DNA of 64,000 nt. It comes from an uncultured Chloroflexia bacterium (GTDB taxonomy: Bacteria; Chloroflexota; Limnocylindria; QHBO01). Positions 51,315-61,197 of this stretch are shown here, piece after piece. The stretch's first letter is position 1, and each line of letters starts with the position of its first letter. The DNA is taken from the NCBI GenBank assembly GCA_963825525.1, contig CAWGTN010000002.1:1954508-2018507 (forward strand), written 5' to 3'. The position numbers and the translations under genes were made by a program. The notes under the pieces were generated by a model, which made no database searches, was not told the DNA's origin, and saw nothing but the letters and a program-made list of their open reading frames with translations.

Positions 51315-51995
51315 ATGCCCGGCCGAACACGTTCCATCGACGAGGCCCGGCGCCGCTGGGCCAGAACCGCCGCCGAGATCGGTGACGAGCTGCGCGCCGC
51401 CCGTCACCTCCACGGCCTGACCCAGATCCAGGTCGCTCGCGCCGTCGGCAGCTCGGACTCCGAGATCTCCCGACGCGAGCTCGGCCGCTCCCGCCGGCTC
51501 ACTGGCCCGAAGCTCGCGGTGCACGCGGCCGCCGTGGGGCTCCGGCTCTCCATCAAGCTCTGGCCCGTCGGCGCCGCCATCCGCGACGCGGCGCAGGCCC
51601 GCTACGTCAGCGCATTCGTCGCGCGAGTCGGCCGACCGTGGACAGTTCGGCTCGAGGTGCCGGTGCCCGTGGCGGGCGACCTTCGGGCCGTCGACGTTCT
51701 GCTTACCAACGCCACCGCTCGGATTGCGGTCGAGGTCATCACCCGTCTCGCCGACCTCCAGGCCCAGGTCCGGGCGGTCCAGCTCAAGGCCCGGGACGTG
51801 GGTGCGACGCGGCTCATCCTCGTCATCGCGGGGACGCACGCGAACCGCCGCGCCCTCGACGATGCCCGCGGAACCCTGGTCAGCAGCTTCGAGCTCGACT
51901 CGCGGCGGCTCCTGGCCGAACTGGCCGCCGGCCGCGACCCGGGCCGCGACGGAGTCATCCTCCTCTCGCTCGCCCGTGGGACTAACGGCCACTGA
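51315..51995 (+). CDS. XRE-family HTH fused to a PD-(D/E)XK-like (DUF559/Vsr-like) nuclease domain
   Basis: ELRAARHLHGLTQIQVARAVGSSDSEISRRELG HTH; WTVRLEVPV..GDLRAVDVLL...IAVEVITRL..Q resembles a restriction-endonuclease fold. The stop codon lies inside element D. Confidence 0.7.
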   Translation: MPGRTRSIDEARRRWARTAAEIGDELRAARHLHGLTQIQVARAVGSSDSEISRRELGRSRRLTGPKLAVHAAAVGLRLSIKLWPVGAAIRDAAQARYVSAFVARVGRPWTVRLEVPVPVAGDLRAVDVLLTNATARIAVEVITRLADLQAQVRAVQLKARDVGATRLILVIAGTHANRRALDDARGTLVSSFELDSRRLLAELAAGRDPGRDGVILLSLARGTNGH

Positions 51996-52103
51996 CTGGC
52001 CGATATCCCCCGCACCGAACCCCAGACGGCCAACATCGGCGCCCCAGCCTGGCCAGGCCTCCCACGTGCGGACCAATTCGGCCACTGACTGGCCGTTACT
52101 CCC
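51978..52103 (+). repeat. 126-bp palindromic element, copy D
   Basis: GGGACTAACGGCCA-CTGAC-TGGCCG...CGGCCA-CTGAC-TGGCCGTTACTCCC. Confidence 0.85.
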
Positions 52104-52209
52104 ACCAGCGGCAACCACGCCCCCACCGAACCCCCTCCACAGCCCGTCCACACGGAACCCGAACTTGCCCACAATCGGTCCACACGTGTCGGACAGCCGA
52201 CACACGTAC

Positions 52210-52295
52210 CCCCATCATGTTGTGGTGTGGCTACCGAAACTACCACCAGATGTTGTGGTTTTGGGCTTGACTCGCCCATGGGCGCGTATTACAGT
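52210..52295 (+). promoter_or_regulatory. Tandem NrdR boxes (52210-52225, 52243-52258) and sigma70 promoter TTGACT-N17-TACAGT (52267-52295)
   Basis: CCCCATCATGTTGTGG and CCACCAGATGTTGTGG, 33 bp apart, upstream of a ribonucleotide reductase gene. Confidence 0.8.
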
Positions 52296-52421
52296 CTTCG
52301 TCTGAGAAAACACGGCGCACAGCAAGGCGCCGGACCGCCGGAGGGACCGCCCCCGACCCACGGAACGACCATCCGTGCGTCCCTCCATCGGCCGAAGCAC
52401 GCAGAGGGATTCATCGCAATC

Positions 52422-55400
52422 ATGGCTCGATCCTCCGCCCCCACCAAGCCCGCCACCAACGGCAACGGCAACGGCCACGGAACCAACGGCCACGCCACCA
52501 ACGGAAACGGGCACGGTTCCAAGACGAAGCCGAACAGCGGCTACGTCCAGCTGACCGAGGGCCAGAAGCCCACCTGGAAGGGCCTCCAGATCGAGCGCCG
52601 ATTCACCCGCCCCGACATCCACCCGTATGACACCGTCGAGTGGGACCTGCGCGAAGCGGCCATCACCAACGAGCACGGCAAGACCGTGTTCGAGCAGAAG
52701 GACCTCGAGTTCCCGAAGAGCTGGTCGCGCCCTGGCCACCAACGTCGTGGCCAGCAAGTACTTCCGCGGCCACCTCGGCACGCCCGAGCGCGAGCGCAGC
52801 GTCAAGCAGATGATCGACCGCGTCGCGGACACGATCGCCGACTGGGGGATCAAGGACGCCTACTTCGCCACCGATGAGGACGCCGAGGCCTTCCGCAACG
52901 AGCTCAAGGACATCCTCCTCAAGCAGCGCGCCGCCTTCAACAGCCCCGTCTGGTTCAACGTGGGCATCGACGCGCACCCGCAGTGCTCCGCCTGCTTCAT
53001 CAACTCGCGTCGACGACACCATGGAGAGCATCCTGACCCTGGCCAAGACCGAGGGCATGCTCTTCAAGTTCGGCTCGGGCGCCGGCAGCAACCTCTCCAC
53101 CATCCGCTCCTCCAAGGAGACCCTCCGCGGCGGCGGCGAGGCCATCGCGGCCCGGTGAGCTTCATGAAGGGCTTCGACGCCTTCGCCGGCGTGATCAAGT
53201 CCGGTGGCAAGACCCGACGAGCCGCGAAGATGGTGATCCTCAACGTCGGCCATCCCGATGTCGAGGAGTTCATCGACTGCAAGCTGACCGAGGAGAAGAA
53301 GGCCTGGGCGCTGATCGACGCCGGGTACGACGGGAACTTCAACGGGGGCGAGGCGTACGCATCGGTCTTCTTCCAGAACTCCAACAACTCCGTCCGCGTG
53401 ACCGATGACTTCATGGACGCGGTCGAGAAGGACAAGGACTGGACCACGCACGCCATCACCACCGGCGAGCCGGTCGAGACCGTCAAGGCCCGCTACCTCA
53501 TGAACAAGATGGCGGAGGCGGCCTGGGTCTGCGGCGACCCGGGGATCCAGTACCACGACAACATCAACCGCTGGCACACGAGCTCGAACACGGCGCCGAT
53601 CAACGCGTCAGCAACCCGTGCTCCGAGTACATGTACCTCGACGACTCCGCGTGCAACCTCGCCAGCCTGAACCTCATGACCTTCGTCAAGGACGACGGCG
53701 AGTTCGACGTGGAGGGCTACAAGCACGCGGTGCGCATCGTGTTCACCGCGCAGGAGATCATCGTCGACAACGCGAGCTACCCGACCGAGCGCATCGGCGA
53801 GAACAGCCGCGACTTCCGGCCCATCGGCCTGGGCTACGCCAACCTGGGCGCCCTGCTCATGAACCGCGGCCTGGCCTACGACTCCGATGGCGGCCGATCC
53901 TACGCGGCGGTCCTGACCTCGATCATGCAGTCGGAGGCGGCCCTGCAGTCGGCCCGCATCTCCCGCGACCAGGGCGGCCCGTTCGCCGGCTACAAGGTCA
54001 ACCGCGAGCCGTACCTCAAGGTCATGAACCAGCACCGCGACGCGGCGTACCGGATGGATCGCAACCTCATCCCGACCGAGCTGCTCGACGCGGCGCTCAC
54101 CGGCTGGGACGAGGTCGTGGCGCTCGGCGAGAAGTCGGGCTTCCGCAACGGCCAGCTGTCGGTCCTGGCGCCCACGGGCACCATCGCCTTCATGATGGAC
54201 TGCGACACGACGGGCGTTGAGCCGGACATCGCGCTCATCAAGTACAAGCGCCTCGTCGGCGGCGGCTACCTGAAGATCGTGAACCAGGGCGTGCCGAACG
54301 CGCTGCGCAAGCTCGGCTACGACGCCAAGCAGGCCGAGGAGATCGTGGCCTGGATCGACGAGCACGAGACGATCGAGGGCGCCCCGCACATCAGCGACGC
54401 GCATCTCGAGGTCTTCGACTGCGCCTTCAAGCCGGCCAACGGCACGCGCAGCATCCACTACAACGGCCACCTCAAGATGATGGCCGCGGTCCAGCCCTTC
54501 ATCTCCGGCGCCATCAGCAAGACGGTGAACATGCCGGAGCTCTCGACCGCCGAGGAGATCGCGAAGGTCTACATCGACGGCTGGAAGCTGGGCCTCAAGG
54601 CGATCGCCGTCTACCGCGACAACAGCAAGCGCAGCCAGCCGCTGAACATGAAGCGCGAGGGCGGGGATGCGGCGACCACCGCATCGGCCACGCCGGAAGT
54701 CCAGACGGTCTACAAGCCGCTGCGACGCCGCCTGCCCGATGAGCGCGCCTCGCATCACCCACAAGTTCAACGTGGGCGGCCACGAGGGCTACCTGACCAT
54801 CGGCATGTACGAGGACGGCACGCCCGGCGAGATCTTCCTGCGCATGGCGAAGGAGGGCTCGACGATCAGCGGGCTCATGGACAGCTTCGCGACGGCCATC
54901 AGCCTGGCGCTGCAGTACGGCGTGCCGCTGAAGGACCTGGTCAACAAGTTCAGCCATCTGCGGTTCGAGCCGGCCGGGTTCACGGGCAACCGGGATATTC
55001 CGATGGCGAAGTCGCTGGTCGACTACATCTTCCGGTACATGGCGACGAAGTTCATGTCGCAGGCCGATAAGGATCAGGTCGGGATCATCAACCGACAGCT
55101 GACACTGAGCGATGCGCCAGCTGTGAGTGGTGACGCCACGGCAGCTCCCCCGGCCTCCCACGGGTCGGCCGGTGGGCCTGCCGCTGGCTCAACACCGACC
55201 GAGGCGACTCCCTCACGGTCCGATGAGGGTGAGGGTTCCACCGCTTCATCTCAGCCTGAGGCAAGTGCTTCGGACACAGAGGCTGTGGGTGGGGAGACCG
55301 TCTCGGCGAAGGAAGAGACGGTGGCGAATGGGCTGTTGGATGGGTTGAAGATCGTGGCGCAGGGGGTGGAGGCGAAGGATCGGGCGGATCGGCTCGCGGC

Positions 55401-55527
55401 GGGCCAGGCGCCCGTGGTGTTCGACACCGCCGACTCGCCGGCCTGCACCGACTGCGGCTCGATCATGGTCCGCAACGGGTCCTGCTACAAGTGCATCAAC
55501 TGCGGCGCGACCAGCGGCTGCAGCTGA
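52422..55527 (+). CDS. nrdJ: Vitamin B12-dependent (class II) ribonucleotide reductase; five frameshifts (~52728, 53008, 53145, 53608, 54752)
   Basis: [52 protein letters not shown] domain, terminal CTDCG...[11 protein letters not shown]. Confidence 0.93.
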
Positions 55528-55548
55528 GGTGCGGATCGCGCTAATACC

Positions 55549-55579
55549 GAATAGGCCGGCCCAGATGGCCGGCTTATTC
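55549..55579. terminator. Bidirectional hairpin terminator
   Basis: GAATAGGCCGGCC-CAGAT-GGCCGGCTTATTC between convergent genes. Confidence 0.7.
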
Positions 55580-55649
55580 AGTTCGAGTGCTGAGCGGGAT
55601 TGGCAACGAGCGGCAACTACGGTGGACTTGGAGTTCGTCCGCCTCCGAC

Positions 55650-58457
55650 TTAGTCGAGTAGTTCGGGAGGTACAGCTACCGCTACGGCGGCAGCCCGATC
55701 TAACTCGAGCGCCAGGGACTCGCGAATAGTGACCCATGCCCTCATCTGGATGCGCTCGACGGGTTCGTCCGTCTGCTCCCCGTCGACATCCGTTATTCCT
55801 TGTTGTCGTAATGTCTCCAGCTCTTCCGGACCGATGGCTCGAACCGACACTTCAAACTCGGTGCCGGCAAAGGTCCGTTGTCGGACCGTGATCGCCGAGG
55901 CAGTGACAAGACCACGACGAAGTCCAAGTCCTGTGAGGCCTCGTAAGCGGATAGGCAGAGAACCTGCCCACCGCACCGCCTTCCCAGAGCACCATGTAGG
56001 ACGGACGGTTCAAGGAGGGATGCCACAGGCCCCAGTGCCACGGCCCGATTAGGTGCGTTGGCTCGTGCCCTCGGCCTTCGAGCGCACGCTCGCTCTCTCT
56101 ATCCGTTCGTGGATCGTGCGCAGGCGCCACGAGTACTTGTGCAGCGACGCGAGTCGAGCCACAAGCAACTCTTCCTCGCGAGCAAGGATCGCGCGTGCCC
56201 AGTTCGTGCCCATCATCTCCATCGTGGACGGCTCAAGCTGGTCTGCGAGGAAGAACTCCTTCAATTCGAGCTGGCTCACGACGATTGCTGGCGTTCCTGG
56301 ACGCCACGGTCCTGACCACTTGGTAGCGGCGGAGAGTACCGTTCGTGGAAATCCGCCTGCCCACTCAGCTAGCAGGGCTTCTCGAAGGAGTTGCTCGGCC
56401 CGCTCGGAATCAAGGTCGCCGTGGCGATGCGATCGCGAGTGGCCCGGTCGCGGCGGCGAGTCCCTCGTCGAGGGCTCGCCTTACCGCGCCTGACTGGCCT
56501 CCAGATCAATGACGCCAAACCGATCACCGATAGCCCCTCTTCCGAGGCAAGCTGCTCAGTTCCGCCGAGTACACCAGATCTCGGTGTGTCGCCACACCAT
56601 CACCAACAGTTAAACGCTTCGGGGGGCGATCGAGGTTGATAGTCATCAGGATGCCGACGACTGCAGCCTGGATGATACGTGTGCGGTCGTCCACGATGAA
56701 GGCTTCGTTCGACGGCATCTCGAGTGTCACCCGACTCGCTCAACCTGACCGGCCCCGTCCCTCGTAGGTAATTGTCCAGTTCCGTCAGGATCTCGTACTC
56801 ACAGGGGAGGCGCTGCGACAAACTGCTCCATCGCACTGTCGAGGGGCATCAAGGAGCCCCGCTTCGCTTGCCGCATGACTTCGAAGCCGAGGGCAAGCGG
56901 AAGAGTTGCGGGCCAGCGTCGTCATCTAGCGTTCGGCGCGGCGCCATCGACGCAGTCCCTCACTGAAGTTTTGGACGTCGCGGAATTGGATCGTCGATCG
57001 GGGGCGCGTCGAACAAGACTCGGTGAGATGCGGCCTCGGCACGCTCTGTAAGCGCTTGCGCATCCGCGGAGGCCGTCCGAGCCAGGGCCGTAGGTAACAG
57101 CTGAAATTCAACAGGGTGGTCGAAGTTCGCGGTGCGAGTCGATCCGCATCTCGGCCGATACAGATCCTTGAGTTGGTAAGCCAATAGAATTGCGGGTACG
57201 CGTCAAGGATCTGGAAGTATGCCGGTGCCCGCCATCAGGACTGCCCGTGTCACCAGGTCCGCTGGAAAGCGGACGATCTCGATGGCGATTGCTCTCGCGT
57301 TGGCTCGCAACGCCGTGTCGAAGAGGCCGACGAGAGAAGTCCGAATCATGTCAAGTGGCGCGCGCTCGCCCTCGAGGATTGTCGGTAGATGATCCGCTTC
57401 GACGATGTCTACATAGCCTCTAATGCCATCCGCATACGTCTCGAGCACACGTTCATATGTCTCCAGCACAAGCGATATTGAGGCATCCCCACTCTTGATC
57501 GCCAGTTCAGCATCCCCGTGGACATCCTGCATGTCATCTGCAAGTGACTGGTCATCAACCCGGCCGATTGAAATGGCCCTCTCGGACGCCAGCGCGGACG
57601 TCGTCGTCAATAGGTCGTGAGAGACACAGAGGACGGAATTGACCCCTACCCGATCTCCAGCCTGATACCGGTCTCAAGACGTCCGCTCGCCGAGCTTACG
57701 CGTCGGGCAAGGTCGGCCAGCCGGCGAACGTTTACGTCAGTGATCCGCCCAACGGTTTCGGCCACCACCGTCTGCTCCGGAGTGCTTGCCGAGGCCAAGC
57801 TGAAGTCGCCGCCTGCATCTTGCAGGTGAGTTCGAAGAATGCCGACGCCAACTCGAGACCTGAGGAGTGCCGTGACGGATCGGTACACTTTCCGCTGCAA
57901 GAGATGCGCGAACAGCCGTTGGGCATACCTTTCATCCTGCGTTCGGGGAAGCTGCGCAACGGTGACGAGCAATAGCGCAATCCATCCGCCAGTGAGACCA
58001 ATGGCCATCACAGTCGCCCACGGACCGAAGGGGAGATGGATCCGTAGAGGCTTATGCCCGTCAGTAGGCAGACCGCAAGCCCGATCACGATCGACGCTGG
58101 GAATCCGCGTGTAGTAGATGACTCGACAACGGGATCCACGAGAGGCCCCAAGAGCACGAAACGCGAAAAGCGAGACGGCAATCGCCAAGCCCAACAGTCC
58201 CGCCTGAACTTGCCAAGCCCACGACACGGGCTCCTGTTCCATGGGCTCTAGCGGCCGACCTGACCAAGGGCAACTGCGATCGTCACAACGACGCCTACGA
58301 TGATTGCCCCGGTAAGCCAATGGGCGAGCACAGGCCAAACGTCGACTATGCTGCGCCGCTCACGCACGCGTCGAATCTCGAGCCGATTCAGTTGCGTTCG
58401 CGCTGCCGCGGCGAGCGAGGCTGCCGCCACCGACCGGCGCCAGCGCGGCATGTTCAA
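55650..58457 (-). CDS. Large (~930 aa) hypothetical protein with N-terminal TM helices, lower GC; broken by many indels
   Basis: Chain of minus-strand fragments (58248-58457, 57646-58338, 57203-57610, 56524-56730, 56049-56279, 55650-55976) that read as one protein. TTG start overlaps the upstream TGA. Confidence 0.5.
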
Positions 58458-58822
58458 AGGCCGCTGCGCGAGCCGACGAGAGCCCGCGAGTCATCGTGTT
58501 CGAAGTAGACGTAGCAGCCCTTGAGGCCGCGGGTGAGGAGGACGCGGTAGGTGCGTTTGACGAGGTCGGTGAAGCGGTCACCGGAGCGTTTGACGATGGA
58601 GTCGTGGGAGTGGCTCGGGTCGCCGATCCATTTGGTGGTGGCGGGGTCCCAGCGCAGGTCGCGGCCCCAAATGACGCCGACGTAGTCGAACTCGAAGCCC
58701 TGGGCGGTGTAGACGCAGCCGACCTGGTCGAGGCCGTTCGGATCGAAGGCCCAGAATTTCGAGGGCGAGATGCCGGGGGCGAGGCGGCCCGCATGGGGCT
58801 TTGCGGCTCGCCTACCCATCAT
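58454..58822 (-). pseudogene. Orphan C-terminal fragment of the DUF2075 helicase with its own tail
   Basis: QVGCVYTAQGFEFDYVGVI...YRVLLTRG identical to the 61194-63106 gene; tail HDDSRALVGSRSGL differs. Confidence 0.85.
58500..58805 (-). repeat. 306-bp direct repeat (other copy 61267-61572)
   Basis: About 19 mismatches by manual alignment (~94% identity), no indels, offset 2767 bp. Confidence 0.95.
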
Positions 58823-61197
58823 CGATCTCGAGATACCGCCGAAATGCGCGGTGAATCTGAACCCGCGGGGGACGCGTATGCCGGTCGGAGAATCGCCGAG
58901 CCAACGCTTCGTCCCGCGCTCGCTCAGCCGCTCCTCCGCGTAACTGAAATTGTCGGGTGAGGTCTGGATCCCGAAAGATGGAACGACCGCAGCAGGTCGA
59001 AAACGCGCTCCGCTCTCTCGGCTTCCTCCGTCACGCGTTGGATGGTCCCCGTGGCCGCTCTCGCTCCATTACCGCGGCTGCGCCTGCGAACTCGTAGAGG
59101 ACCTCCTCCACAAGATCGGCCATTGCGCCGCTCTCGACTTTTAATGCCTCCAGGGCGAAGAACGAGTACGTCCGTTCCGCGTCTTCAAGGTCGCCCCCTT
59201 CGACGATGGAGTGGCCGTGATTCACGGCACTCGCGATAGCTGAGTTGCAGAAGGACAGGAGATCTCTAGGCCGCGGCAGTACGCGGCTCATGATGTAGTC
59301 GCGGACTGGCATGCCCGAGGCGGTCGGAACGAAGAACTTGTCCCAGATCTCAGAGCCCTCGCCACCTCCCCATTGCGTGCTGACCGGTATCGATCTTCAA
59401 CCACTCGGAGGAGCAATTGGGATCGTCCCAGAGCAAGCGGTTCACGGGAATGCGATCAGGTTCGTGCGCGACGCGCAGGACCTCCGAAAAGATATCGCTG
59501 CGAAGGAACACGGCTACGGATAGTCGGATGCCATGTCTCCATCGGTCGTGGCGCGCGAACTCGCGTGCGGTAGGTCCGACGGCGGCCAGCAGACCAAGTA
59601 GGAGGTAAGCCAGCTGATCAATATCCGCGGACTTCTCCCAAGCCTTGTCCAAGTTATCAATGAGCACTGCTACGCGCTCGCTATCGGTCAGGAGGGTGCC
59701 GAGGTGCCGTCGCAGATCGCGGATCACACCGCTATGAAGTTCCTCGGAGATGGCGGCGCGGCTGGTAGCGATCGTTTCTCCGGAGCCGCGGTGCAGGATC
59801 CCGTCAACCACTTTCTCGAGGCGAACGGCGAAGTCCTCCAGAAGGAAGTCGTGGCTTCGCATGTACTCCACGAAAGCCCACTCGTGCCGTATCACTCTGC
59901 GGAAACGCTGACCGCCCCTCGATCCGACGGTAGAGCGTGAGCGCTACCTCGGAGACAAGGAGGAACTTCCAGAGCGCTTCAACTAGGTAGCCCTTTTCGT
60001 CGCGGCGGTGTACTGGTTAAGAAGGCGTAGCGGCCCTCAAGCTCGTACCCTGCTGGCTTGATGACGCACACAAGATTGCGGCGGTCCTCGCCGAGAACCT
60101 GTGCGGCCCGGAGAAGTTTCCGTCTTCCCAGTGCCCTTCGCCCGACGAACACCGTGGTCGTTGGTGCCAAGACGTTGCGGAAGGCCGCCGTCGGCAAGAA
60201 GTAGTCCTCAAGCCACTCCTCCTCCATCTCGGCGACCGGCTCCCCAAGTCGTAGGGAACTCAACTCGGTGGCCAAGCGCAGGCGCGTTCTCACCCAACGC
60301 TCCCCGCTTGACGGCCTCGGCGACCGGAGCGAGGTTCTCGGCCATCCACGCGTCCGCGCGCACGACAGCCGATTCAGCGTCATCGTACACTTCAGGAGGT
60401 CGCGGTAGTCGAGCGGCGCGGAATAGTCGGCTTCCGCAAGCATGAGTAGGGGTCGACCCATGCCTTGTGCCATGCCAGCAACCAAGGAACACCGCGCGTT
60501 GTTAACAGCCGCGTCGACTCGGCCGGACCCCGTGAGGTGCACGAGAACAGCGGCCGACTTGTAAACCTGTTCGGCATACCACGCGAGCGTTTGTACCGCT
60601 GCCTCGAGTCGGGTATGATATCGCCACGGGGACGCCACCCCGGCGGCGCTGATCGACTCGGCGGGAGACCTCTCGCTCAGCGTCCGTCTCATGGCGGCTC
60701 TTGAGATCGAGCAGGGCCCACCCCCTGCGGCGGTATCTGCTCCAGCAGTCGGGAGAAGACTGTCTCGTCTTTCTCCCACGGTCGTTCGGCAGCGAACGCT
60801 GCGCCGATCGACTCTGAGTTCGTAAGGGGTGTACCGAATTCCGGTCAGGACTTGAAACTCCTGCCGGCGCGGTCGGCTCGGCATGAGAGCGGGTCGCGAA
60901 GCAGCCAAACTCGCCGTTCGCGCCCGATCGCGTAGCCCAACTCGGATCAAGACATTCTGGTTTAGGTAAGTCACCTCGAAGACCGAGACGGCGGCGGAGT
61001 CGATAGCTTCAAGAATGTCTGTGATGATGATGGGCCCACGGCCGACAACGCCCAGATCCTCGCAAGAGTACCGGCGTGACCTCAGTACGGCGGCCGAGGT
61101 CGCCCGATGCGCGCCTGATCGTCCCTCGGATCATGGCTGGCCGCGAGGGGTACGCAAAGAACGCTGTCAGACCGGGAGGAGTAACCGCTTTCGTCAC
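58812..61197 (-). CDS. NDT/TIR-like domain(s) fused to a P-loop ATPase (Sll1717-like); multiple frameshifts
   Basis: Reconstructed across indels: FFAYPS, ILEAIDSAAVSVFEVTYLNQNVL(F)ELGYAIG, Walker A VGR(K)GTGKT, Walker B VLIDNLD, FLRSDIF, RPRDLL, C-terminal HRAFRRYLEI. GTG overlaps the upstream TGA. Confidence 0.7.

Noticed and set aside
42060-52103. 126-bp repeats as a CRISPR array or classical integron
   Set aside because: Repeats are too long and spaced by kilobases of genes; no cas genes, no intI tyrosine recombinase and no RYYYAAC/GTTRRRY cores.
52296-52421. Cobalamin riboswitch in the nrdJ leader
   Set aside because: No B12-box or conserved core seen and the leader is short; regulation is explained by NrdR boxes.
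52422-55527. Five frameshifts in nrdJ (also acs, iolD, iolE, transaldolase, sucrase-ferredoxin, DUF2075) as programmed frameshifting or pseudogenes
   Set aside because: Single-base indels without slippery sites occur in otherwise intact conserved genes with intact regulatory sites and increase toward the window end; long-read consensus error is the simplest explanation.
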